The notes: a model not told the origin generated them from the sequence alone. A stretch of 63,530 nucleotides of DNA, filler included, from Rhabdomonas costata (GCA_019059605.1; 45 parts of 45 records of this genome joined end to end with filler, not necessarily neighbours in it), one strand, 5' to 3'. Positions 49,837 through 63,109 are shown, counted from the first letter of the whole stretch. Translations and numbers: made by a program.

Positions 49837-52324
49837 CTGTCCAACGCAAAAGAAGAAGAGGTCCACTGCAGCAACGTCAGCACCCCCCGCGCTCAGCTAC
49901 CCAAAGCACACTCTATACCCAACCCCGACGCACCATCGCCTGCCCAAGCCAAAACAATACTTGGTTTAATTTGCAGCAACGTCAGAAAGGATTCCCCACC
50001 CCTCCGCTACTCAATGCCCACTGCAACCCAAACACTCGACAAAAAACGCACTCCCTTCTCAACACCCAAACTTACTACCACCAGAACTGAACCTACCAGA
50101 GGCTTCACATGACATAACTGTGCACTTTTTTTCCTACTTCCAGCACACTTAATCAAGGCGATCAAGTTCACACGGCAAACGTGTGCCGACCTCTGACTCG
50201 TGCAAAATCCCATCGGAATCTTCTGCTCACCACACCCCTCATTGAAATGACCATTGCTTCCATTAGATGAGTGAAGAGTACTACGCGACAGGAGACTACT
50301 ACTGACTCCCGGAATAATGGCCAGAAAACCACATAATGCTTCCTACCTTCTTTTCTACCACGGAGAAGAAAACGAAAAAGAACGTTGAACCGCCCACAAC
50401 ACGCGAAGAGCAAAAGAACCATATACAGGGTTCGGTTTAACCTTCCAATACACCAAGGGCAGACCAGCAAAGCAACGCCAGCGGACAGGGGTATAGGGCG
50501 CAAAAAACAAGTCCGACGACAAGCAACAAGAGCCAGAGCCAACCGAACACCCAGCTCACAAAAGATTATGTGACTTTCACTACCACAGCCTACTCCAAGG
50601 TAAAAATAGAAAGCACTTCCCGAAAAAGGGAAGGAAGAAATAGATGCCAAAAATCCACGCCAGCGGACCGGGGGTAGGGACACGGTGCGTTGCACACAAA
50701 GCTCCCCGAACTGAGACAATTCGGACATTAAAATACACCTCTCACGCTAGTGAGCGGAAACCACCGCCAAAGAGAACAGGCGTCGAAAAGGAAGGCACCC
50801 ACACACACCCCNNNNNNNNNNNNNNNNNNNNNNNNNNNNNNNNNNNNNNNNNNNNTTAATTAATTAANNNNNNNNNNNNNNNNNNNNNNNNNNNNNNNNN
50901 NNNNNNNNNNNTGTGGTTGGTAATGAAACTGAAACCAAGGACAATGGTTGCCCCAACAGAAACGCACCCCCGCGCACCCCCAACAAACTACCCGCAGTCA
51001 CACCGAGGGATCCCATCAAGCACAAGAAAGATGGTAGCCAAGGGGTTGCGGAAAAGGGAAGGCGCGCTCTAAACGACCGATATGGGGTAACACAGGCAGA
51101 AGACAGAAGGTGAGCCTGGTATACCTCCGGAGCCACATCCGAGTTTATCCATACTTAAATATGGTTGGGCACAATCGACCGCTAGGACGTATGGTGGTCA
51201 AGGGTTCGAGGACGATCCGAAATATCGCCCGTCTTAAGAGTCGCGTCTGCTGGCAGGGTCACAGGGTTTGAGTCCATGTCGGCTTCGTGCTGGAGCTAAA
51301 CGCAGAGGTCAGAGTCAGCGCAGGTTTTTAGAAAAAGAGGAAGGTGTACGTTTACAAATAGGAAGCTGGAGAAATAAAGCTCGTTCTTTTGGCTCCGAGC
51401 GAGTATATCATACAAGGGAGTGAAGCAAACACAGATCAAGCAACACATACAGGTTGAATCCCCACCACCAGAAACCGAAACCTTCCAGCTGAACAACGGA
51501 GAGAGCGGCTGCAGAAGAGGGGGCAGAGTAGGATGCTTCAAGGGCCGATGCATATGCATAAGCCGGGCAGCTGCATAGGAAGCCGTGACACTCTGATAAC
51601 TATTTTTATGCAGTAGGGCTTTTACAGCCTAACGTTGGGAGTGAGCTGGGGGAGAGGTGAGAGTGGAAGTACGAGTACGACGTGGGAGGAACTGGGTGTA
51701 CGCGGTAAGTCTGCTTCTCAGTGGAGCTGCCGCCTCACTTGGCTGCAAAAGGGAAAAATAAATTTGAAGTAGCGTCACGGGCAGACTTTAGAACTCAGCC
51801 ATATGTGGGGATGCCGTCGCAACATAAAAAAGGAAATACTCCTCCAAAGAAAGAAAGACTTAACTCGCCCATCATCAACAGCACACGGTTTGGCTACAGC
51901 AGCGTCTTTCTGGTTTTACCCCGCCCACCCATCACAGCACACAAAACAAAACAAAGAACTGTCGGCAATCTCAACTAACCCAGGAAGAGCAGCTCATGTC
52001 CTGATGTTCGAGACTTGCGCTTCTCTTCCCTATCTTAGTGCCACCCATACAGAGCACCCTCGCTCCACAGGGTTGCTGGTACACCTCTAAGTACTCTGAC
52101 GCTTGATGGAATCCTTGCGAGCTCCATTTTCACTGCCTCCCCGCAATAGTAAAATTACCGGCATCTAGAAGCGCCTTGCACCTTCCCCGCCGCTTCGCTA
52201 CAAACCACCCCAAACACACCCACACNNNNNNNNNNNNNNNNNNNNNNNNNNNNNNNNNNNNNNNNNNNNTTAATTAATTAANNNNNNNNNNNNNNNNNNN
52301 NNNNNNNNNNNNNNNNNNNNNNNN

Positions 52325-53301
52325 NGGGTGTTTGGAGTAATCTCCACGAAGGATGGAGGATTGATGACTACTGACTGAGGAAATGGGGCATAGCGAGGAG
52401 GTAGTTCAGTGTAGGGTGGGTGTGGAGTTACAGAGGACGTATAAAATGCTGGCTGTGGAGATGAGGGAGATGACAAGGTTGGTAATGGTTGATCGCAACG
52501 ACGACGTTGAGGATGGGGTGATGAGGAACGCTCCGTCCGGGGTTGAGCGGCAACCCGTCGAGCCATGTCCAATAGGCGATGTTGCGAAGTCGTTTGCATC
52601 TCAGTGACTTCGTGGTGAACGGCCGCAGGAGTAGGCATGAGAATGGAAGCATCGAGCTGATGAGCGGCTTCAGCAACCCACAATAGTATTGGACGTTGCG
52701 GCCATGCTGTTTTGGTTGCGGCCATTGTGAGCCAAGCCCCAAGGGCTTCATGTATTACGGCCCGATAGAAAGCTTCCGCCATACTGGATAGTTTGTTAGC
52801 AAACGTCCTGAACGAAAGGCGAGTCTGGAGCTGCTGAAGATCCTGATGTGCCTGATGGATAAGCGCCACTGCAGCACTAAACAACTCCATCAGTTGTACA
52901 TTGCTTTCGATCGGCACAGCATGTATGTCCTGAAGGAATTCCGCCATAACATCCGCCACAGCACGGACATTTCCCACCAGGTCCCTGGTGCAAGTCTCCA
53001 GCTCTTGATCCCGACTGTGAAAATTGTTAATTATTGTTGGGAAGCGTTGACTGAGCTGGTGATGCTCATTCCTCCTGACCTGGTATTCCCGTACCAAGGC
53101 CTCCAAAAGGACACTGCACTGAGGTGTAGTGAGGCGCTGAGGGCGAGCGGCGCCCTGCATGTCCCACTGACCCCGGTCATGCTGTTGTAGCACCTCCCGT
53201 ACTTCCTGGCTCAAGTCCAAAGAATAAAGTTGTGATACCGCTGGATACTGAGGCGGTTGCTGACAAGGCCTTAGGCCGGAAGTGTCATGGAGAAAGGATA
53301 A
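52325..53301 (-). CDS. Intronless orphan ORF (~325 codons), helical/coiled-coil then Pro/Ser-rich; possibly transposon ORF1/gag
   Basis: Stop-free from 53301 to the contig end, no recognised domain, start codon unclear. Confidence 0.45.
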
Positions 53302-54045
53302 TCAGTAATCGTGGGGATTGGGAGGGGAAAAATGGATGAAGAGCTGTAAGCGCAAAGTCATGCTTCATTTTTACACATCACCACCAACCCCCACCAACGG
53401 CAAGGCCGTTGATTACATACCCAATTGGGATCTGCCTTAAGCACGTCGCAAGTATACCTGAAAAGGAGCATATGTTTTCAGGGTGCATTCGAGCGGCGCA
53501 TGTCTTACCCCAGATAGCAAAGGGCGCCCTCTTGCTCAGTCGAGGGGTACTCTTAATCCTCTGTTGAATTGAGCCATGAGAATACAGTTGGCCACGGAGG
53601 TCGGCGCCTCAACGTGCCATTGTCTTCCAAGTACAGCGNNNNNNNNNNNNNNNNNNNNNNNNNNNNNNNNNNNNNNNNNNNNTTAATTAATTAANNNNNN
53701 NNNNNNNNNNNNNNNNNNNNNNNNNNNNNNNNNNNNNNGCAGACTGGTGCCGCCGAGGGCGAGCCTGAGCGCTTCTTGGCGCAAGGTGTGGCCTGTTGTG
53801 AGTGGGAGCGACCCGACCACCCGATAGAACCCAAGAAACTCTCAAGATACTCTCAGTGATGTCAAACAGGTGTAAAGGGCAGACAAGGCTGCGGGTGGAG
53901 GCGCGCGGAAGATGTTTTTTCTTCCTTGCTGGCCTACTTCGGTAATCCGGTATCCGGCTGAACGACCAACAGGATCTGGTCCCTTACGGGTGACTTTGCC
54001 TTTAATTTCGCAGCATCTTTACCCCCTTCTTGACTACACTCCGCT

Positions 54046-54693
54046 ATGTTCCGGAGCTCCCTCCTCCGCGCCGCCATGGCGCGCAGCTCCTTTAGGAGCC
54101 CCATGGTAACCTTCCAGAGGCCCGCCGTGGTACGCAGGAGCGCTCTGTTCGCTCGGCTGTTCGCCACCCGCGCCCAGAAGCACCAGGAGCTCACTGTGGG
54201 TACCTGCAAGGAGGTGTACCCCGAGGAGAAGCGTATCGCGATCACCCCGGAGAACGTCCAGCTCCTCCTGAAGTCGGGGTTCAAGCAGGTGCTGATCGAG
54301 AAGGGTGCTGGCGAGGACTCGCAGTTCTCCGACCAGGAGTACGTTGCCGCTGGTGCCACGCTCGTGGACAAGGTGAGCTGGGTGATCCGCCTTTTCCTTT
54401 GGCATCAGAAGGCCCCCCCCCTCCCGGGTTGAGACTGAGGTGCGAAGCAATTCATTTAAAAACCTGGACCGCACGGGGATAAGTTTCCGATTCCTTTTAT
54501 TGCAAAGAAATTGCCTGGGCGTCAACAAGGGTCAAAGCGAGCGGTGAGGCTCTTCCCTTGGGGACCAACTTCTCAGGAAACCGCGCTGAAGGCCGATGTC
54601 GTGCTGAAGCTGCGGTGCCCCACTGTGGATGAGGTCAGCTCGATGGCAGAGGGGAAACTGCTGATCAGCTTCATCTATGACAAGGAGAACCCT
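54046..54693 (+). CDS. NNT: Mitochondrial NAD(P) transhydrogenase, targeting peptide + domain I; exons 54046-54372 and 54577-54693
   Basis: Arg/Ser-rich acid-free presequence, then LTVGTCKEVYPEEKRIAITPENV..L.KSGF..VLIEKGAGEDSQFSDQEYVAAGA|..ADVVLKLRCP...LISFIY. Intron gtgagc...ctcag. Confidence 0.93.
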
Positions 54694-57027
54694 GTATGAC
54701 TCTGGCGCTCAATTAAGACAGCTGAAAGTGACTCAATTCGTGAACTTGTTGTCAACCTTCAGTTGCGAAGGTCTTACTCGGTTCCAGCGTTTGTGTGCCG
54801 AAACCCAGGCTCCTTTTGAAGAAACGCCTGTCGGGTTGCTTGCCGCGGGAAATGGATTGGAAAGAGCCGCTAAGGGCCAAGGGCACCACAACAGACCGAA
54901 GGTGAAAGGTGAGGACATCTGACCCCAAGACATCTGACCCCAAGACCCCTGCTGTATTAGCCCTCAATTCCATTATCCTGGAACTGGGGCGGCGCACACA
55001 GATAGAAGGGAGCACCTGACTTAACCCCAAGAGATAGGCCAACCACCACCCNNNNNNNNNNNNNNNNNNNNNNNNNNNNNNNNNNNNNNNNNNNNTTAAT
55101 TAATTAANNNNNNNNNNNNNNNNNNNNNNNNNNNNNNNNNNNNNNNNNNNNTTGTTGTTGTGAGACTCCGGGCAACGTGATGGAGATTCAATGCACTTCC
55201 CGAGTGTGATTACTTCAACGCAAGTGCATTGCTACTCTACTGCTGTGAATCGGTACCTGTGACTGGATTAAGTCCGATGGTTGTCTTGCTTTTTTTACCT
55301 ATAAGAGGAATTTCTCGTGCATAGAAACGGTTGCAACTCATTTTACGAGCGAAGGTAGTAGGTTTGCCTCAGTATTTTTTCATACGCGCATTGCGCTTCA
55401 TTTCAGTGGATGGGATAAACGTAAAAGCCGAGGAAAACCCGAATCACGCCAGTGGATAGCATCCTACCGTATCTGTAAGGTGTGGTGGACAGTGGAGCGT
55501 GTATCACAAGATGGTCTTCACCTTTTTCTGGGCCTTTCTGACCCCTGCTTCCTGCAAATCCAGCTCTTTTCACTGTTCATGGTGCCACGATTTCTGGCTG
55601 GTTTCTTTCCTTGCTTTGCGTGGTTTTTTGTTGAAGTCTTTTCGAGTTAGTGGTTTCCGGTGACCGCCAGATGTTGTTTTTGCGGACAAGGCTTCAAAAG
55701 ACATAAAAATAGAATATTAAACACAGCCACGCATCGGACGAAACCGTCTTGCGGAGTTTGGGCTTTGTGAGCACTGCTTCTTGTTCCATATGCTTGGCGC
55801 GCTTCTAGTTGGATTCTTGTCGGGGTTTATCGTTGTGTTTGCGTTTGCGTGCCGGATACTTTTTGTCTAGCAGCCTTTGAAAACGCCTGCTAGAAATTGT
55901 GTCCCAGTCTGCTCCCATTCCTCTTTTTCTTGCCCGAACTTTCTTTGAACACATTTGTGATTGCGCTTCCTTCATTCTCCACCTTAAAAAAATATGACGA
56001 AGTGTGGGGCGCGTGCATGGTGATGGCTCCCTCGATGGCCTCCTTGGTGGCTCGATTCCTTTTATCGCCCGGTAGGGTAGCGTCCTAGCACTACCTTTTC
56101 GCGCTTTTCAGACATGGGCCCTCGCTGTGACTTGTTTCTATTCCTAATTCCTTCAGTTTTGGCCCCTGGAGACCATGCCGGCCATCGGTCGTGGCTTTCT
56201 TCGAAAAAATGTGGCACAGACAGGCTTATTCCGAGCGATACTTTAACTTGGACCCAATCAGTTTGGCTGCCGCTTCCCGAAAAAGATCCGCAAACTGGGA
56301 ACGCAAAGCAAAGCAAAGCACCGCACCAACTTGTCTTGTGTGCCCACGTTATTGCCACCAAATTACCTCATATTCGTGATTGACCACATGGTTTCAACAG
56401 GAAAACCCAACGGGACGTTGGGACCAAGGGGTATCATTTTCACGACAATCCCTCCCCAACCACAANNNNNNNNNNNNNNNNNNNNNNNNNNNNNNNNNNN
56501 NNNNNNNNNTTAATTAATTAANNNNNNNNNNNNNNNNNNNNNNNNNNNNNNNNNNNNNNNNNNNNGGGTGGTTGGGTGGGCGGTCAGAATATGCAATTCG
56601 GCGCACCAACGTCGGAAGTTTTTTCTGGAGGAAAGAAGAAACAAATCACAACAATCTAGTGTGGTACCGAGACATTGATAATTTGAATATCCATGGATAG
56701 AGATGGAGTACTCACTTTTCCCTCGCATGGGTCACCACGGTAGATGGACGGTGTTCACGAAAAACCTTGAAACCAACGAGGGAGGTCAAAGGTCACTGCC
56801 ATATTTCAGTCGACCCTCATCCTTCAGGGCCCCAATTGGCCAGCTCAGCTCAGGGTGGGTACGTGTGGGTCACAACCGCACAAAAACACACACAAACAAG
56901 TGTAGACACACACAATTGCTGTTGTGGAACTTCTGCCTCAACCGGGTTTTCACAAAAAACACCAGAGACACCGGGAAGACTAGGGCAACACGGAGGCACA
57001 ACGAGGGAGCCTAGCCAACACAACACC

Positions 57028-57246
57028 TTCCAGAAGGGCTCCTCCGTGGCGAAGATGGCGCGGGGGTTGTGGCGGGCCAGCTGGGCCCTCACCTGGCTGA
57101 ACTGGGAGTGTGCCCAGGCCTCCGCGCGGGGCAGCCGCTCCCGTGTGTACACGGCCTGGAGGCGGTTCACCCGCACCGTGGGCTGGAGGTGGCGCCGGGT
57201 GAGGTACACCCGCAGCTTCAGCTGGCACGCCGCACGGGTGGGGATC
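57028..57246 (-). CDS. Probable exon of unknown protein
   Basis: ctgcag| IPTRAACQLKLRVYLTRRHLQPTVRVNRLQAVYTRERLPRAEAWAHSQF...EEPFWK |gtgttg, strong G/C third-position bias. Confidence 0.55.
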
Positions 57247-57978
57247 TGCAGAGTTTTTATTGGGTTTTTGATGAGGTTGGAGTTCAGCGTGAGATGCACA
57301 ATCATCAAATCAATTGATTCACACAGGGCTTCTGTTCTTTCAAGTGAATCGTTGATGCATCAGTGCCTGTCATGAAGACATCGCGTACGCTGCCAAAGAT
57401 GGGCAGCAAAAAGAACAGCAGGATGAAGAAGATGAAGAATAGCCAAAGAAAGGAGCCAGTAACTTCGAATATCGCTTGACTCTGGTATTCCAAGGGAGCC
57501 ATTGGGACAGTCGGTTCGATGTTGCTAAAAAGGAGAGGTCGACGGCCTGGGGAGGTGCTGGCACAGGTTTGTTTGCAGCACTGCAATTACTCTTCTTTAT
57601 TTCAGTTGCCTTCCTTTTCAATCGTAGTTCAGCTTGAGATCATCAGCATCCAGCGGCCAAGACATCCTCCTCTTCCCAAACAGAAAACTGGTTGAGGTCT
57701 AAAGCCCAAAAAACGAGGAAGCGATCAGCGAAGGCGGGGGAGGCGACCAGGTCCTTGAGCCCCAGGTAAGCCGCCAGCATGGACCCAGAAGGGGGCCCTG
57801 TGGGTTGACCTCCTCCCTCACTGCCCTCCCCGTCCAAAGAGGACCCCCCACAAGTGCAACTGGAAGACGCTGCCGTGGNNNNNNNNNNNNNNNNNNNNNN
57901 NNNNNNNNNNNNNNNNNNNNNNTTAATTAATTAANNNNNNNNNNNNNNNNNNNNNNNNNNNNNNNNNNNNNNNNNNNN

Positions 57979-58720
57979 GTCGGCTGCGCATCTGCCGTCG
58001 TCTTCCGCCGCCTAATGCTGCGAGCAGTGGCCGCGCGTTGGGTGGACTGGACACCTGAATCTTTTCTTATCGCAAACACCCCCCTGCATTTTGCCTTAAT
58101 TACCCGATGTTCCATAGCGTTCTGGGCACTTCAGTTGGTTTAGGATGAGAGTAACGCCTTTTGTTACATCAATCGGTCGAAACTCCCTGCGCTAATGGCC
58201 GACTTTCCCGCTCTGAATTGTGGCATGTGGGCAGATTGGTTTTACTCCTCGTTTGACGTGTATGTCCTGATAAAGCATGGCCTAGCTGACCCCTATCGAA
58301 TGTTCCAGGGTGGTGATAGCATGGGGGTAGGTCTCTACACGCTTATTCGTATCCTGCGAGCGCGGGCCTTGAGCAGCTCTGTCTCTGTCTCTGGGCCCCT
58401 TCATCCTTGCCTCCCATCAGTTGGGTTGTGCATGTGGATGACGCTCGTCAGTTCGGGAAAACCCTTGAGGCCCTGGCAGTGTCATCAGTTGTTCGGCTCG
58501 TCTTGCAACTGCGCCTCGGTCAACCTGGACAAGCTGAAGGCGCTATTCGCCAGTTTGTGCCAGTACTCTCTGGAGCGCATGCTGCGTCTCCCCCGCAGTC
58601 TCTACTCGGGCAAGAGCGAGTCTTCGGCCCTTCCCTACAAGCAGCACTGCTTTGCTTCAGCTTCTCCAGTCGATGCTCAGTGCTATTTCGCCGGCCCTTC
58701 CTCTCCCTCTCCGACGTGAA
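57979..58720 (+). mobile_element. Degenerate non-LTR retrotransposon reverse transcriptase
   Basis: DESNAFCYINR at 58144 (DxxxAFxxIxR), WADWFY, MFQGGDSMGVGLY (QGDxxxxxLY-like), VVHVDD in a shifted frame, then SVNLDKL. The element may extend further 3'. Confidence 0.75.
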
Positions 58721-59218
58721 GTCCCGTCTTCTGGCTGCTCTGGTGTCCCTGTCCATGGTCTCTGTTAGCACCAGTGCTGGGTCGTCACCTCCTCTTCCAT
58801 TCTCTTCTGCGACCTTCACCTCCCTGTTTGCTTCGTTTGCTTCATTCGTTTCGCATTCACTGTGAACGTGACAGTGTCTCTTCTCTTCCGGCTGGTACAT
58901 GCTGCTGTTGTGGCACGGTACAATGCTTGGTCCAGCAACAGTGTTCTCGCACCATTCGTGAAGCCCCCCAACAACGATGCTTGTCCCTTCCTCCAGGGTC
59001 GTTGGTTCGCGTTCCCGTCGCCTCGGTCATTGAAGTCCTCCTGGTGTGGGTAACGGCTCCCTTCCGCTTGGTCGCCGTGCGGCCCAAGGTGCGGTCTTCC
59101 AGGTTGGCGACGAACTCGTTATTTGGCTGATGGAACAACCCGTCTGGGTGCCTGCCTTCAGGATTCCCTGCCCGGTCAGGTGCTCTGCTGCTCTCCGTCT
59201 CGGGATGAGAGTTGCTTC

Positions 59219-59285
59219 GGTGCAGGTCAACCCCGCTTCTGAGCCCTAGGAAGCCGTGCGCTCAGAAGCGGGGTTGACCTGCACC
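59219..59285. repeat. Perfect 26-bp hairpin with 15-nt loop at contig end
   Basis: 59219-59244 ggtgcaggtcaaccccgcttctgagc is the reverse complement of 59260-59285. Confidence 0.95.
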
Positions 59286-62200
59286 AAAACANNNNNNNNN
59301 NNNNNNNNNNNNNNNNNNNNNNNNNNNNNNNNNNNTTAATTAATTAANNNNNNNNNNNNNNNNNNNNNNNNNNNNNNNNNNNNNNNNNNNNGGTGGGGGG
59401 GGCCTTTTGTTCTCTGCAATCCTTGATCGCCCTCAGTACCTAATACTCAAATGGGATGGGAGGCAGGAGGGAGCCAGAGGGATTTCCAGCTTTTTTTGTG
59501 TGTGTGTATGAAAAAATGGATGAATATTGGAATGGGTTTCCCCGGTTCACGGACGGTCCGACTTCATGGCAAAGGCTTAGTTTGGCAAGTGGGTGTGACG
59601 AAACTGACTCCACTGTGATGCGTTACATCCAAGGAGTAGTGGTTTTGCTTCCCTCCTCTTTTTTCAGCCTCGAAGGCCACCCAGGCCTCTGTGGCCATCG
59701 CCATGGGGGCAATGGTGTACCCGGACAGGAGCTCCGCCACGGTGTCCTTCCCATGCTTCCTGCCTGGCGGGGTGGAGCCATGCTCTGCCGCAGCTTATTC
59801 GGCCGCTTGCACCCAGGTCTGCTGGAACGAATGGAGGATGCGCCGATACATTGTGCGAAAATGATTTGCTTTGCCGAGCGTCGTTCTTGGTGGTCCTTGG
59901 TGGTTGTCCAAGATATATCACACCGGAAACAATGTTAATTGTTTGTAAGGACTGGCGGATTTGGGGTCATGTGTCGCATGAAGGCTTACTTTTGTTGCCA
60001 GGAAGCAATGGTAGTGGTGGCAGTGTGGTGGTAATCGGTTTCTACGTTATCATCCTCCCTTGGGCTCTTTCTTCATTCCGCCTGGATTTTTTGTATAGGA
60101 CACTGTTGTCTGCCCGGCTTTGGGGAAGGCGCTATGCGGCTCTCAAGAGGCAGTCCGAGAGCTTTGCTCCCTAGCTGCGTTCGGCTCTGAGCGAGGTCGC
60201 TGTCGCTTCCCCTTCTCATTATTTCTGAGTTACCCCCCTCCCCAGCATTGTTTTATTTTTGAGGGATTGGATTCAAACATACGGAATAGGCATGCAGCAC
60301 ATATAACATAGAGTTAGATCCTGCAGCTTACGTCGTGTGCCGCATTTGTAGTCCCTCCAACCGGCCTGAATTTTTTCCCCTTTCCCCGTGTTGCAGAGGC
60401 CTTGCAGAGATGTGCTCTGGCCGTGTTGTTCCATACTGCCGCTCACTGCGAGCCCTTGGCGGGATATCTGGCCTCCCAGAAGGCTTTCCAGGTGCGAGAC
60501 CGTTTCTTCGGGAGTCGAGCAGGGTTTCCCCTTAATCACTGCGAGCTTGGATGAACCATGGTGAACAAAACACAAACAAGTTAAGGGGCGAACCCGCCCA
60601 TGGCGGTCTCTATCTCCGCTTGCAAACAGTGCAAGAATGCAGGAAACTCCAGAACGCGAAGAAGGTATATGGGAACCCGCCCAAGGCGGTCACTTTCCCC
60701 TCCCNNNNNNNNNNNNNNNNNNNNNNNNNNNNNNNNNNNNNNNNNNNNTTAATTAATTAANNNNNNNNNNNNNNNNNNNNNNNNNNNNNNNNNNNNNNNN
60801 NNNNGAGGCACTGTATGAGAAATGAGAAATGAGCCGGGACTGTGCGGAAGAAGTACCCCAGGCAGGGGAGAAAGAGAGCCAGTCGACCACGGGGCACACC
60901 TCGCTTTCAAGTGTCAGTGGCGCGCAGGGAGAGAGAGGAGAGGGCGGGACCCCCACCCCCTCCGGACCCTCTGATGCGTGCCTTGCCCGTGGTGTGAGGG
61001 TGCGTCAGGCGTATCCGTAAGGCGTAGGTAGAGGGCAAGCCCCTCCGGGGGTGCCTAAAAAGTAACCGCTCGCAAGGAACGTCAACGCTCAAAAGGGCTG
61101 CCGTATACGATGAAGCTAAAAAAAGAAGAAAGAGAAGAGAGAGATATGGGAGGGAAGCGCAGTGGTGGGAAGAGGGAGTATATAGAGCAACAGGTTGCAA
61201 GGCAGGACATCAATTGGGGTGACGCCCTGTGCATGTGTAAAGACCTCGGGTCAGAGCCTGTGGGTATAACAAAGAATGCGACTCTACCCTTCCTGAACGG
61301 TTTGCGCTTCCCCAACCTCTCTTTGTACATTCTCAAAAGAACACCCCCAGGCTTTCCTTCCAATTCCCTGGTGCCTGGCATGTTCTTCCGTGCGTAAGCG
61401 TTTTGAGCGCATATGGAGCGCTGGCAGCACCCAGAGAAGCAGTGTTTGCCCACTGACAACCCTGTCCCCTCTGAAGTTGGGAGATGCGATGTGATGACCG
61501 CATTGCTGTGCAGAGTGATGAGGGAGAGGGGGGCTGCCGGGAGGTATGTGTGTGCGTGAGTATGTGGAAACTCAACTCAAGTGCTTCCCAATCTTACCGA
61601 TCTACGAAGTCAGCACTCCCCCAGTGCTCACTTGCGAGGTCTCCCCCTTTCGCCAGAGGATTGGTTCAACGCATGCGAAGAGAGGAGAGAATGAGGAGGC
61701 AGGAGGTGAAGACCTGCCCCAGACACAGGTTGCAAACGCCGGGTGCTCCGCCCAACTCCGAAAAAGGGAAACGACAAAAAACGAAAACCGGAAGGAATAA
61801 AAAACGAAGAAGACGAGGAGAAGGAAAGTTACTGCCGAAAAACGGAAACGGAGCGGGGGGCATCTCCGGAGCAAATGACAAGTGAACACGGAAGAAGGTT
61901 TGTGTGGGCTTTCTGAATGTGTCTGTATGCGAGCAGGATGCGGTTAACCTGTGCTGGAGGAACAACCTGTCACTGCTTGCGTACTGTGAACTTTTTTCTG
62001 GGCGTTCTCAAGATGAGATCCATGGAGAGGAAGGCAGGTGGGAAAGAAATGCGGGGATGAAAGTCTTCTTACTCATCTCGGATCCTGTGGCTTGAGATGA
62101 GTCCAAGCCAAACCAACNNNNNNNNNNNNNNNNNNNNNNNNNNNNNNNNNNNNNNNNNNNNTTAATTAATTAANNNNNNNNNNNNNNNNNNNNNNNNNNN

Positions 62201-62975
62201 NNNNNNNNNNNNNNNNNTTGTTGGGGTAGCAAAAGAAGAAGAAGAAGAAGAAGAGCAGATTCAGTGTACTGCTCAAGCGGTTTTCGGCAGGAGCAGGCAT
62301 CTCTTTATTGTGCTGGCCAGAAAAGAAGTATTGTTCTGCTCACTCCGGTGGGACGTGAGTAGTATTTTCGTCCTACAGCTGAGGTCCGTATCTCGGGTGG
62401 CGGTATAAAAATATGCCTTTTTTCGCGCTGTCCTTATTTTCCCGCCAAAGGCATCGGCTCGACGCTGGATTTTCAGCTCCGGGAGCTGACCGAGCTGTAT
62501 ATTCCCATCAGCCGTGACCGCTCCACACGCTTCTCCGACGTCTTGCACGCCTTGATTCGGTTTGCTACACACCTCACACGCGCACATCTCCCACGCTACG
62601 TTTCCTTCATAGTCACCTGACTTGAGGCAGTTGAGGCCAAAAATGAAATCTCGAACTCATTCTGAAGTGTTTCGATGCTTACAGGAGTCTGTCACAGGAG
62701 TCTGTCGTGCCGGGGAGGCGTTCTTTTCTTTCGGGGGATGTCAAACGGCTTGAGCGCTGTTACAGTGACGTGCCAACAGAAAGGCATTTACGCGTAGGAA
62801 AAGTGCCGAGAGAGCGCTGCACAAATTTCTGCAATGTGAATGACCTTCTGCTGACACATAAATCGAACTCAGGTTTTTCTCTGTATCTTTACGACAACAG
62901 CGCTAATCGGGGCACCCGTGGGAATCGGCTTAGCAACAGCCTTCCTTCCCTGAAAACAAAAGGCGGCACTTCGAG

Positions 62976-63109
62976 GTGCCCATGGCTGTGGCGCGGTTCC
63001 TGGTGCTATTTCTGCCTGCGGCGCAGCGGCTGGGGCCCGCACTGCCCCCGCACGACCGCCTGTTCTGCCTGCACCACAAGCTCGCCGTGGAGATCATCTC
63101 CAGCAGCTG
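62976..63109 (+). CDS. Probable exon of unknown protein
   Basis: ttcgag| VPMAVARFLVLFLPAAQRLGPALPPHDRLFCLHHKLAVEIISSS, GC3-rich, possible GC donor (TG|gcatgc). Confidence 0.35.

Noticed and set aside
1316..62217. Regularly spaced TTAATTAATTAA as a CRISPR-like array, and gene neighbourhoods across spacers
   Set aside because: N-padded synthetic six-frame-stop linker. Adjacent contigs are unlinked, so no operon or cluster inference is valid.
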